In this document: in pieces, positions 39,430-48,907 of the stretch | How the letters are laid out: every line of letters begins with the position of its first letter | Numbering within the stretch: the first letter of the stretch is position 1 | Assembly (NCBI GenBank): GCA_963664015.2 | Contig: CAXXLF010000001.1 | Location: 96,001 to 160,000 of the forward strand | Length of the DNA stretch: 64,000 nucleotides | Direction: 5' to 3' | DNA from: Candidatus Binatia bacterium | GTDB lineage: Bacteria > Desulfobacterota > Binatia > UBA9968 > CAXXLF01 | The notes under the pieces: model-generated | The model's input: only the letters and a program-made list of their open reading frames with translations | Database searches by the model: none | Told to the model about the DNA's origin: nothing | Translations under genes and position numbers: made by a program

Positions 39430-40896
39430 CTATTTTTTGGAGGGGCGGTGGGCTTCCAGCATGGGACCCCACTTCTTCTTTACCTGGTCGACCATAGCCT
39501 GGTTGGTTGTGATTTCGGGCGGAAACTCATTTAAGCGTTCAAAGGGCTTACAGGCATCAATCATAGCCCGTGAGTGGTGGCGCTGTTGCTCCAATGAGAT
39601 GGCCGGATCCAGGGCGCTGCTAAAACAACGGTGCAGGATCTGGATGGATCGTTGAGGATCGGACCGCGTACACAGAGCCCAAAGGACCTGGTCCCGGTCG
39701 GTTGGGTCGATGTCATCGTCAACAACGATCACATAACGGTTCAGGGTGATTCCGGCGCCACATTGGGACGCGATGACGGCCGACTGGATGGCGTGGCCTG
39801 GATAGCGCTGCTTAATCGAGATAACAAGTAGCAGGTTGGCCCCGCCAGCCTCATCCAACCACACGCCTTTTACATCCGGAATACCCGCAGCCTCCACATC
39901 GTTCCAGATCAGCGCGGACTTGAAGAAGGTGCGCCAGAAGGTATAGGCATTGGGTGGCCTGAGGGGGGGCTCCCCTGTGATGATCGGTTGATTCCGATAG
40001 AGAATCCGTTTCACGCGTACCACAGGCTCGTTACGGGTCGCGCTAGCGTAGTATCCCGTCCACTCCCCGAAGGGCCCTTCGGGGAGACTTTCATTGGGAT
40101 AAACCTCTCCTTCGACAACGATCTCTGAGTTGGCCGGAATGGGAAGACCCGTCATCTCGCCACGAATCACCTTCACCGGCAGACCCCGAATCCCCCCAGC
40201 GTATTCGAGCTCGTTGACATCCGCCGGAAGCGGCATGGAGCTGGTAAGAAACAGAAGCGGATCCTGTCCAAAGGATAGGACAATAGGGCATGGCTCTCCG
40301 CGAGACCAGTACTTTTCAAGGTGTCGGCGGCCATGCTTGATCCTGGAGATATAGAGACCCAGCTTGTTTTTATCGTGAACCATGGCCCGGTACGTTCCCA
40401 CATTAACCCAACCGGTGTCCGGATCCCGTGTGATGGTCAGGCTCCCGGTGCCCAGATAACGGCCACCGTCTTCCTCGTGCCATAGGGGAGATGGGAACTG
40501 CAACAGATCAACCGCCGGGCCATCCTGAATATTCTCAGTGACGGCCCCCTGATCAACCTCCTGAGTAGACAGCAACCCCACGGATTTGACCCGGTTACGC
40601 CAAACCCGAACCAGATCCAATTTGCTCTCCGGCGATGCCAGATTCAATGTGAGGGCAATTCGTGCAACGGAGGTTAGCTGATTGAGTAAGATGCGGTAGG
40701 TTGGATCGTAGCCCTTCAAATGATCGAGGAGGAGGGCTGGACCTTCGCCGAATTCACGAAAGGCATACTCGTCTAGCGCACCGACTTCCAAGTGCGGGTC
40801 GACACCACTTAGATTGAGGAGCTCTCCCTGACTCTGGCACCGCTCAATCCAATCACGAAGATCTTCACAGGGAACGGCTTCTCTAGACGCCATCAA
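39430..40896 (-). CDS. UbiD family (prFMN-dependent) decarboxylase
   Basis: DGGRYL, NVGTYR, EGPFGEWTGYY and VDDDIDP motifs. Confidence 0.92.
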   Translation of the reverse strand: MMASREAVPCEDLRDWIERCQSQGELLNLSGVDPHLEVGALDEYAFREFGEGPALLLDHLKGYDPTYRILLNQLTSVARIALTLNLASPESKLDLVRVWRNRVKSVGLLSTQEVDQGAVTENIQDGPAVDLLQFPSPLWHEEDGGRYLGTGSLTITRDPDTGWVNVGTYRAMVHDKNKLGLYISRIKHGRRHLEKYWSRGEPCPIVLSFGQDPLLFLTSSMPLPADVNELEYAGGIRGLPVKVIRGEMTGLPIPANSEIVVEGEVYPNESLPEGPFGEWTGYYASATRNEPVVRVKRILYRNQPIITGEPPLRPPNAYTFWRTFFKSALIWNDVEAAGIPDVKGVWLDEAGGANLLLVISIKQRYPGHAIQSAVIASQCGAGITLNRYVIVVDDDIDPTDRDQVLWALCTRSDPQRSIQILHRCFSSALDPAISLEQQRHHSRAMIDACKPFERLNEFPPEITTNQAMVDQVKKKWGPMLEAHRPSKK

Positions 40897-40951
40897 CTCC
40901 TCCTAGGTAAATTCGATCGTTTCCCGGAACGGAAGGATATCCCGATTTCTA

Positions 40952-41135
40952 TGAAGCCTCCACCGGCATACACCCGTGGGATCCTCCCTTATCTGCGGCG
41001 GAATCCGTCGAAGCTGCCGCTTCGGCTGCGAAGGCCGGGCGCTTTTCAAGCGTCGGCTATGGCCGACGGAGATCGGCGAGTTCGTCCATCGCATTCAACC
41101 ATGGCAGAAGCCCATGGTTGAATGCGATGGCGGGA
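40952..41135. mobile_element. Non-autonomous palindromic element (IS200/IS605-end-derived, PATE/MITE-like) with nested REP-like hairpins
   Basis: Perfect 19-bp inverted repeat CCATCGCATTCAACCATGG-N7-CCATGGTTGAATGCGATGG (41086-41130), imperfect end hairpin CCACCGGCATACACCCGTGGG, inner hairpin CGTCGGC-TATG-GCCGACG; no transposase. Confidence 0.5.
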
Positions 41136-41142
41136 AAACCGG

Positions 41143-42174
41143 TCACAACCCTGCTGCAGCCTCACGGCCCCGCTGGCCAAGTAGGTTGAGAGCGTTCTCC
41201 CTCTCAATCTTTCGGATCAAGTCCACGGATGCCCCCATGGCCTCTATTTCCTTCATGGCATAGGGGATGCCGCCATTGGCGGGTGTATATGGATGGTCGC
41301 CACCCAGCACGATGACGTGCTCCCCAGCTTCCTCAATAACTAGCGACATGGCATGCCGATCCTGTGTATGGGTATCCAGCCAGACTTGAGAAAGGTACCC
41401 GCCGAGGGATTTATTGATCCAGGAAGGAAGCGGTACTCCTCTTTCCCGGTTTAAAATTCTCGCCTGTTCACGGGAGTAATCCCAACGACCACAACAGAAG
41501 GGGGAGGCTCCACCAAGCTGGCAAAACATAAAACGCACGTCAGGGTACTTGTCGATCACTCCGTTCATGACAAGACGAAAAATGCACAGGGCATCGTCCA
41601 AGAAAAAGCCAAGACCTGTACGCAAGAAGATGTTATCCAGGCGCAGCGTATCGGCCCAAGACTGAGCCACTGAACTCGGGTGCACAAGGATTGGGACGTC
41701 GTGGTGCCGTGCCACATGAAAGATCGGTTCAAAGGCAGGGTCATCAAGACTGATCCCCTCATAACTGGCATTCAATCCGATTCCCACCATAGCTGGCAAG
41801 GAGAGAGAGCGATCCAGCTGGGCAATGGCGTCTTTGCCCCCGAAAGGATCCACGATCGCCGCCCCAAGAAACTGTCCGTTCGTCGGAGCAAGGTCTTCAG
41901 ACATGGAGCAGTTGTAGGCCTCCATATTTTCGTTAAGCGAGCCGCCTAATCTTTTCAGACCACGGATGAGTTCGGTCGCATAGGGCAGAACAACGGCGAG
42001 GTCTACGTTCGACTTTTGCATCAGATCACGATGAACTGCCAGGTCACGCCAAGCAGCCCTCGAAGCGACAACACTTCGTAACGGGTTATCCCCGGCGAGA
42101 ATTTCTCTCAGGCGATCACCGAAAACAGAAGGCATGTAATGGATGTGACAATCGATGCGTCCGGTACTTGCCAT
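41143..42174 (-). CDS. Amidohydrolase family protein (ACMSD/LigW-like decarboxylase type)
   Basis: IDCHIHY, LVHP and LGGDHPY motifs; start at ATG 42174 after AGGAG RBS. Confidence 0.85.
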   Translation of the reverse strand: MASTGRIDCHIHYMPSVFGDRLREILAGDNPLRSVVASRAAWRDLAVHRDLMQKSNVDLAVVLPYATELIRGLKRLGGSLNENMEAYNCSMSEDLAPTNGQFLGAAIVDPFGGKDAIAQLDRSLSLPAMVGIGLNASYEGISLDDPAFEPIFHVARHHDVPILVHPSSVAQSWADTLRLDNIFLRTGLGFFLDDALCIFRLVMNGVIDKYPDVRFMFCQLGGASPFCCGRWDYSREQARILNRERGVPLPSWINKSLGGYLSQVWLDTHTQDRHAMSLVIEEAGEHVIVLGGDHPYTPANGGIPYAMKEIEAMGASVDLIRKIERENALNLLGQRGREAAAGL

Positions 42175-42377
42175 AGAGTTCTCCTGTAGGGTATAGAGCG
42201 AGGAAAGCAATGAAGAAAGTTCTGTCCTCGATGATACCACCGTGTTACAATAATTCATTAAAGAGTGCAGTTTCGATCCCTGATACCAGGGGCCAAGTCT
42301 GCTTATCAATTAAACGAGAAAATCACAAACCCAACGCGTCAGAAAGTAAAAGTAGCACTCGAATAGTTTCGCACAAG

Positions 42378-43006
42378 ATGTTTATTTTGCAGCTCTATTT
42401 ATTACCTATGCTACTCATGTTTATTCTTCTCCCTGGGGGAGTTGCCAGGCCGATATTTATGCCTACCGCGACACCCGAGGCGTCATGACCTTTACCAACG
42501 CCCCCAGCCATTTAGGCTCCCGAATGGTCCTCAAGGAGGGACCCATGAGGTCTACCCGTAGTAGTACCGCATCCAAGTGCTACGCTCCAATGGTCCGTTC
42601 GGCCGCTAAGCGCTACAGTGTGGATCCTCATCTGGTATGGGCGGTCATCAAGGTCGAATCGGATTTCAATCCGCGGGCGATCTCCCACAAAGGGGCCCGT
42701 GGCCTGATGCAGCTCATTTCCGCTACTGCACGCCAGCACCGAGTCAAAGACATCCATGACCCTAATGAGAATATTCGCGCCGGTGTACGTCATCTTCGTT
42801 TGGCCCTAGACCGCTTCGATGGCAATGTGCGTCTGGGTCTGGCTGCCTACAACGCCGGGATCAAGGCCGTGGGAAAGTATAAGAACGTCCCTCCGTTCTC
42901 GGAAACAAGAAAATACGTTAAGCGAGTCTTACGCTATTACAACCTCTATCGGACCCAGGGGACCGTTCTAGCGGGGTACGAATTAGGGGAATCGAAAACC
43001 TATTGA
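42378..43006 (+). pseudogene. Lytic transglycosylase (SLT, DUF4124-like N-terminus) with a 1-nt frameshift after the signal peptide
   Basis: MFILQLYLLPMLLMFILLPGGVAR, shift, ADIYAYRDTRGVMTFTN...VESDFNP.A.S.KGA.GLMQL...AAYNAG...ETRKYV. Confidence 0.7.
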
Positions 43007-43019
43007 GTATTTCAGTTCT

Positions 43020-43583
43020 ATGTGGACCCTACCAAATCTGATTAGCCTTTTCCGGATGGCCCTCGTCCCGTTTTTAGTTTATCTCTTGACGGGTACGGAT
43101 CGGCTCTCAAGCGCTCTGGCCGCCCTCTTATTTTTAGTCGCGTCCGCTACGGATTATTTGGATGGCTTTCTGGCACGGCGCTACGGCATGATGTCAGATC
43201 TTGGGAAGGTCTTGGATCCCCTCGCCGATAAATTAATGATTGTAGCAGCTCTGATCATGTTGGCAGCCATGCACCGATCCGGTGACGGGGGTGTACCTGC
43301 CTGGCTGGTGGTCATGGTAGTCGGCCGTGAAACTGCGGTGACGATTCTTCGCGGTATCGCCCTGACGGAGGGCATTGTGATGGAAGCCGAAGGGCTTGGT
43401 AAATATAAGTTCATCATGCAGGTCTTTGCAGTCTTTGCCCTGGTCCTGCACTACCCGTACCTGGGGCTCGATTTTTACGTAGTTGGGATGTACTTTCTCT
43501 TCATTGCTACCATGGTTGCCATTTGGTCCGCGATTAATTATCATATCAAGTTCTTCCGGCTGGTATATTATAAAAGCGCGTGA
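43020..43583 (+). CDS. pgsA: CDP-diacylglycerol--glycerol-3-phosphate 3-phosphatidyltransferase
   Basis: LPN.IS.FR and TDYLDGFLARR...LGKVLDPLADKL; followed by tRNA-Gly(GCC). Confidence 0.93.
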   Translation: MWTLPNLISLFRMALVPFLVYLLTGTDRLSSALAALLFLVASATDYLDGFLARRYGMMSDLGKVLDPLADKLMIVAALIMLAAMHRSGDGGVPAWLVVMVVGRETAVTILRGIALTEGIVMEAEGLGKYKFIMQVFAVFALVLHYPYLGLDFYVVGMYFLFIATMVAIWSAINYHIKFFRLVYYKSA

Positions 43584-43637
43584 CAACCCTTCAGTAAAAT
43601 GACAAAGGGACACCTTTCGTGTAGGAAAAATTTAGAT

Positions 43638-43714
43638 GCGGGTGTAGCTCAGTTGGCTAGAGCGTATGCTTGCCAAGCATAAGGTCGCCGGTTCGACCCC
43701 GGTCACCCGCTCCA
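43638..43714 (+). tRNA. tRNA-Gly (GCC)
   Basis: GCGGGTG/CACCCGC acceptor stem, TATGC-TTGCCAA-GCATA anticodon arm, TCCA end. Confidence 0.95.
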
Positions 43715-43747
43715 TTTTTCCTATCTCAGCCCCACAGCAATTTTCTT

Positions 43748-44482
43748 TTATTTTACATTCGGCCTTTCGGATCTAGTGTATTCTCCCCAAAGGGCATCCC
43801 GATTGTCAAAATCCACCAGCGTACGAAGGGTCGCAAAAGTGGGAAAGTCCATACGGACTCCTCCTTGGTCCAAGAGCGCCAGGGATTTCTCAGGTGTGAT
43901 CCGCATAGACTCGAATGAGGAATCCCCGCTTGAGGGACATTCCACGGGGTAGGGGAGGCGAGCCAGAAAGATACGGGTACCATGGGTTGGAGGAGTAAGT
44001 CCTCCCGAATTCCAATGGGAGAAATAAGCGAGCCGATTCAGGTCACAGTACAGACCTTCGGATTCCAGGAAGGTCATGAAATCCAGATTTCCGTCGATTA
44101 ACAGACTGTACTTTTCCCTGAAGTTTTGTGTTAGGGGCCCCCGACCAAAGTCTGGGGATCCCCCATCCTTCGTCGTACAGAGCAGGACTCCATGGTCCTC
44201 ATACAGTATGCGCGCCGCGGCCACCCAGAAACCCAGCGCACGCTCGGGGGCCAATTCGCTGCCAAGAATCCGTCGTGCCCGAGCGCCATCCAATCCCATA
44301 CAACATGCCGCCATTCTGCCGATACAATCCTCCCTTTTGACAGTCCCACGGGGAAAGGAAAGGACCTCTGAAGGCTCCCCGCTAGGTCGGCCATGAAACA
44401 TCAAGAGCTCCAGCCCCTCCCTGCCGTCAGGAGCCAGGGCAACCACGACAACACCCCCTGTTGAAGCCCCATTGACCTGCAT
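43748..44482 (-). CDS. NUDIX-like protein (NUDT19 type), degenerate Nudix box
   Basis: FPRGTVKRED, AAARILYEDHGVLL, YFSHW...TRIFLA and FPT resemble this family with substituted catalytic residues. Confidence 0.65.
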   Translation of the reverse strand: MQVNGASTGGVVVVALAPDGREGLELLMFHGRPSGEPSEVLSFPRGTVKREDCIGRMAACCMGLDGARARRILGSELAPERALGFWVAAARILYEDHGVLLCTTKDGGSPDFGRGPLTQNFREKYSLLIDGNLDFMTFLESEGLYCDLNRLAYFSHWNSGGLTPPTHGTRIFLARLPYPVECPSSGDSSFESMRITPEKSLALLDQGGVRMDFPTFATLRTLVDFDNRDALWGEYTRSERPNVK

Positions 44483-44659
44483 GATACCTCTCTCACCGGA
44501 CGCGTGGCGTCCTTTTCCCTAGTTCCTACCTAGGTTTATAGAATGGAAGGCAATGCTTCACAAGGGAAACCCAGGGTAAGACACAATTGTTTTCATCCTG
44601 CTTTCGTGGTAACTTTCGCCTTCGGTTTGACCTCCCATACGGGAACGGTTCGAAGTCCA

Positions 44660-45979
44660 ATGAAGCTCTATATCCATACATACGGCTGCCAGATGAATCA
44701 GCAGGATTCGGCTCGCATCGTACAGGTGATGAAAAGTGTGGGCTATACACCCACCGACCAGGTCGAGGAAGCGGATCTTATTCTACTCAACACCTGTAGC
44801 GTACGGGACAAAGCGGAACAAAAGGTATACAGCGCTCTTGGTCGATGGCGCGAGCTTAAGGACGCTCGGGAAGGGGTGATCATAGGGGTTGGCGGCTGTG
44901 TTGCCCAGCAAGAAGGGGAGAGCCTCCTACGTCGGGTCCCTTATCTGGATCTGGTCTTCGGAACTCAAAATATACATAAGCTACCCCAGATGGTTCAAGA
45001 GGTTCAGGAATTGGGAACAAGGCCCGTTGAGCTCGCCTTTTATCGCGACCCCCTCTACCTGGAAGATAGCGAAGGCCGGACCGATGTGCACGGACCCAAA
45101 GCCTACGTTACAATTATGCAGGGGTGCAATAAAGTTTGCAGTTTTTGTGTGGTACCGCACGTTCGCGGTCGGGAAATTAGTAGGCCCGCACACGCCATCG
45201 TCCAGGAGGTCCAAAAATTGGTCGAGGACGGTGTTAAGGAGGTCATGCTTTTGGGCCAAAACGTCAATTCCTACGGGAAGAACTCGGTTCAGAAACAGCC
45301 CACTTTTGCAAAACTCCTCCAGAGGATCGACACCATCGACGGATTAGAGCGGATTCGGTTTACCACATCTCATCCTCAAGACCTGTCCCCCGAGCTCATC
45401 GAGGCATACGCAACACTGAAAAAGCTCTGTGAACATCTACATTTGCCTGTACAATCTGGCTCTGACAAAGTGCTCCAGAGGATGCGCAGGGGCTACACCA
45501 TTTCCGACTATAAAGATCGGATCCAACGCCTGCGAGAACGCTGTCCCCAAGTGGCCCTGACCACTGATATCATTGTCGGGTTCCCCGGAGAGACTGAGGA
45601 GGAGTTCCAGGAAACACTGGATATTCTCAGGGAAATCGAGTACGATGAGATTTTCTCGTTCATGTATTCTCCCAGACCCCAAACGGTGGCTGCAAAGCTC
45701 TTTGCAAACGATGTGCCTGAACGGACCAAAAAGTCCAGGTTGTCGTGTGTTCAGAATCTTCAGCGTGAAATCACACTGAGAAAAAACAGGCAAATGATTG
45801 GCGAGATGGTCGAGATCCTGCTTGAGGGAGAGTCCAAGTGGAGAAAAGATCGGATTACGGGCAGAACGAGGACTAACAAGATAGTGAACGTGATGGCCTC
45901 AGATAGCCTTTTAGGTGCGAAAGTCAATGTCCGTATTACCCTTGCATCGGCCAATTCCCTAATTAGTGAGCTAGCTTAA
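44660..45979 (+). CDS. miaB: tRNA-2-methylthio-N6-dimethylallyladenosine synthase MiaB
   Basis: TYGCQMN, NTCSVR, GCVAQ, CNKVCSFC and DIIVGFPGET motifs plus TRAM domain. Confidence 0.96.
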   Translation: MKLYIHTYGCQMNQQDSARIVQVMKSVGYTPTDQVEEADLILLNTCSVRDKAEQKVYSALGRWRELKDAREGVIIGVGGCVAQQEGESLLRRVPYLDLVFGTQNIHKLPQMVQEVQELGTRPVELAFYRDPLYLEDSEGRTDVHGPKAYVTIMQGCNKVCSFCVVPHVRGREISRPAHAIVQEVQKLVEDGVKEVMLLGQNVNSYGKNSVQKQPTFAKLLQRIDTIDGLERIRFTTSHPQDLSPELIEAYATLKKLCEHLHLPVQSGSDKVLQRMRRGYTISDYKDRIQRLRERCPQVALTTDIIVGFPGETEEEFQETLDILREIEYDEIFSFMYSPRPQTVAAKLFANDVPERTKKSRLSCVQNLQREITLRKNRQMIGEMVEILLEGESKWRKDRITGRTRTNKIVNVMASDSLLGAKVNVRITLASANSLISELA

Positions 45980-45993
45980 GGAGGACATCCGCG

Positions 45994-46509
45994 ATGAAAA
46001 AAAGCGATTCCATTCAGATGAACGTTGGCGGGCTCACGCTGGATCCAGTAACCAAGACCCCCATTGTCATTCTGAAGGATGCTGACAACAAATTGAACCT
46101 TCCCATCTGGATCGGTCTGCTTGAGGCCACGGCAATGGCCACAGAGCTGGAGGGAATTCAGATGGCTCGCCCTATGACCCATGACCTCCTTAAAAATACC
46201 CTTTTGGAGGTCGGTGGATCGGTTGAATATATTGAAATTACCGAGTTGAAGGAAAACACCTATTACGCTTTGATCACACTCAACATTGGGGGGAAAGAGT
46301 TGACTGTCGACTCGCGTCCCAGCGATGCGATTGCACTGGCACTCAGAACGAAGAGCCCCATTTATGTCGCCAAGGAAGTCCTGGAAGCATCGAGTTTCCT
46401 CCAACAGGCGGAAGAGGGTAAAGAGCCCGATTTTTCGAATGTTTCCAAGGAAAAATGGGCCGAGATCCTGAAAAATATGTCCCCTGAAGACTTCAAGTAT
46501 AAAACCTGA
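45994..46509 (+). CDS. Bifunctional nuclease family protein (DUF151)
   Basis: LPIWIG..EA, RPMTHDL and DSRPSDAIALALR motifs. Confidence 0.92.
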   Translation: MKKSDSIQMNVGGLTLDPVTKTPIVILKDADNKLNLPIWIGLLEATAMATELEGIQMARPMTHDLLKNTLLEVGGSVEYIEITELKENTYYALITLNIGGKELTVDSRPSDAIALALRTKSPIYVAKEVLEASSFLQQAEEGKEPDFSNVSKEKWAEILKNMSPEDFKYKT

Positions 46510-46558
46510 GATTGGGCCAACCGCAACCACTCAATTCCGGTATTGACCCGCTACCTGA

Positions 46559-47257
46559 ATGCTCCGCACTCGCAAAAGAATAACCCGTAAAGAGATTCGC
46601 AAACCAGACCAGTTCTTTAACTTTACCGGCTGGTTCCTCCGCTTTGTCAAGACAAACCGGGTAGGAATCATTATCATTGCTAGCCTCGTTGTCGCGGCTG
46701 CTGCCGGTGTGGGGGGTTGGCGTTTCTACCAAATTAAGCAGGATGTTCAGGCCGCCCAGGCATACTCAGCCGCCCTAGAGGCCTACCGAAAAGGGCAGTA
46801 CGAAAACACTCTGGACCTTCTCACACGGGTCAACGCGCCCCGCGGCTCTATATACAAGCAACTTACGCTTCTCTACCAAGCTCACAGCCACATCGCATTA
46901 AAGCGGCCATCCGAGGCCATACCGCTACTTACCGAATTTAACGTCCGCGAGCATAGCCAGGCATATTTAAAAGAGATCGGTTTGATGACCCTGGGATACG
47001 CTCAGGAAGCCACCGGCGAATGTATCTCAGCCATTGCCAATTTTGACCGCGCTGCAACACTATCCGGATCACGAGAGGAAGAAGCCATCCTGTCAAAGGC
47101 CCGTTGCAGTACCCAGTTAGGGGACCTCACCGCAGCAGTCGACGCCTACCGAGAATACCTCGCAAGCTTTCCCGGAAGCTCCAATGAATTGGAGATAACA
47201 ATCAAGATTCAGGCACTAGAAGCAAAGCTTGGAAAAGCACCCACGGAGGGCAAATAA
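46559..47257 (+). CDS. Membrane-anchored TPR protein (YfgM-like)
   Basis: RKEIRKPDQF, a single TM segment, TPR-like helices. Confidence 0.75.
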   Translation: MLRTRKRITRKEIRKPDQFFNFTGWFLRFVKTNRVGIIIIASLVVAAAAGVGGWRFYQIKQDVQAAQAYSAALEAYRKGQYENTLDLLTRVNAPRGSIYKQLTLLYQAHSHIALKRPSEAIPLLTEFNVREHSQAYLKEIGLMTLGYAQEATGECISAIANFDRAATLSGSREEEAILSKARCSTQLGDLTAAVDAYREYLASFPGSSNELEITIKIQALEAKLGKAPTEGK

Positions 47258-47300
47258 GATCGGCAGATGCAACGTCTGATAAGAAATATTATGTAAACCT

Positions 47301-47660
47301 TCACTTCTCGCTTGAATCCGCCATACCTAAGCATCCTTTTTCCCCCCTATCCCCTTCTTTACCCTTAACCAAGAAGAGCCTCGTACGCTGCGGGATTTCC
47401 CGCCTCACGTACTCCCACCCGGCCTTGGAAATTGAAACAAGCTCATAGATCCCACGGGGAATCAGCTTTTTCCCGCTCATATCACTGCAGGTGGTCAAGG
47501 AGGCGTGATCGATCCACTGTTTGTGATGGCTACAATTGCCCCTCAAGGGGCGACGGTTCGGTAGCCGCGGCTGAAAGTAGAGACAGTAGCTACAGGTGTG
47601 TTCTGCAGACCGCCTACTCCCCTGTCGGGGCTTCTTTGACTGTTTATTCATGCCCCTCAT
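47301..47660 (-). CDS. Small Cys-motif protein (C-x2-C-x16-C-x14-C; possible HiPIP-like Fe-S protein)
   Basis: CSYCLYF...GNC...TTC; first ATG abuts the TAG of the upstream flavoprotein. Confidence 0.6.
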   Translation of the reverse strand: MRGMNKQSKKPRQGSRRSAEHTCSYCLYFQPRLPNRRPLRGNCSHHKQWIDHASLTTCSDMSGKKLIPRGIYELVSISKAGWEYVRREIPQRTRLFLVKGKEGDRGEKGCLGMADSSEK

Positions 47661-48812
47661 CTAGAAGTAACGCCACAGGTACCATTTCTCGAAACCTAGC
47701 TTTGCCCAGTAGATCATCCGCGATGGACCCCAGGACCGGGATTCGGTTGCCCCAAAAGGTGGCCATCCTCGAGGATAAATCGTTCGATTTGCTGCAGCGC
47801 GACCCGCGCCACATGCGAGCAGTCATATGGTATGGAGCCTCAGGGTCGTCGGATGGCCCCGCCCTGTAGCCTTCACCGCCAGGTTGTGGGCGACGACGTC
47901 GGCCCCCTGGTGGGCCACCATCCCGGCCTTCGACGCCGGCATATCGGCACAATCCCCTATCGCATAGACGTTGTCCCATTTTGTAGATAGGGTTTCATAA
48001 TCGACCCTCACGCCGTTCTCCGTATCCGCCAGGCCGCAGTCTCTCAAGACCTGCGCCGGTCTATGGGGCGGGATAAGAAACAGTAGATCGTAATCGATCT
48101 TGTACCCGTATAGGCCCAAGACTGTCTTTTTTTCAGGGTCAATGGAATGAACGACGAATTCGTAGTTCTGTTTGATCTTTCTCGCTTTACTCTGCGCGTC
48201 CATCCAGACCACCGGGTCATGGGCCTCCCCGGCGGGCTCAGGATCACGAGTAAAGTATTCGATCTCGACCCTGTCGCGTCGCCCAGCGTCACGATAATAG
48301 CTATCAAGGAGCCATTGGGTTTCATATGGGGCCGGTGGGCACCGGTAGGGTCCCAACGGAATACCAACAACGATTCGGCCTTCCTTGAAATTCTGCAGCG
48401 CCGGTTGAACTCGTAGCGCCGCATCCATCTCCCAGGCGTGGTGCGCACCTTCACTGAATCCCGGAATCATATCGGGCCTCGTCTGCAGACCCAAGGCAAC
48501 AACCAGGTGGTCGTAAGGAACCTTCTGACTGTCCAGCACCACTTCCTGGCGACCCGGGTCGATACCCAGTATCTCCGCTTGAATAACCTTGACCCGACGG
48601 CGTTCCAGTATCCGCAACTTCCTTTTAAGGTCCTCGGGCCTGCGTTGACCAAGCATCAGAAAGAGAAACGAGGGGGTAAAGATATGCTCTTCCCGCCGAT
48701 CGATAAGGATCACATCATGCTTGCCCCCCAGTGAGCGGCCCAGCTTGGTGGCCGCGGCAAGACCCCCGATCCCCCCACCTAAGATAACGATTTGCGCCCG
48801 TCCGTTCATCAT
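47661..48812 (-). CDS. SQR/FCSD-family FAD-dependent oxidoreductase, predicted selenoprotein (Sec at TGA 47823-47825, 383 aa)
   Basis: GGGIGG, YRCPPAPYE, YAIGDC, SKAG; past the TGA the frame continues LLACGAGRAA...PSRMIYWAKLGFEKWYLWRYF*, the family C-terminus. Confidence 0.82.
47793..47822 (-). promoter_or_regulatory. Putative bacterial SECIS hairpin
   Basis: After UGA: CUGCUCGCA-UGUGGCGCG-GGU-CGCGCUGCA; 9-bp stem including G-U pairs, GGU apical loop 18 nt from the UGA. Confidence 0.65.
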
Positions 48813-48907
48813 TCTAGCTTAACTCTCCCCCATTCACCCACCCGTCCCTAAGGCCATACGGATCTAACCATCGTACAGAACACTACGAGTGTTAACCCCA
48901 GGCGGCT

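Noticed and set aside
40903-41263. Small ORFs in the amidohydrolase-ubiD spacer
   Set aside because: They are translations of the palindromic repeat element
47644-47979. 111-aa minus-strand ORF as a separate gene
   Set aside because: Alternative-frame overlap of the flavoprotein C-terminus; the in-frame read-through gives the recognisable family tail
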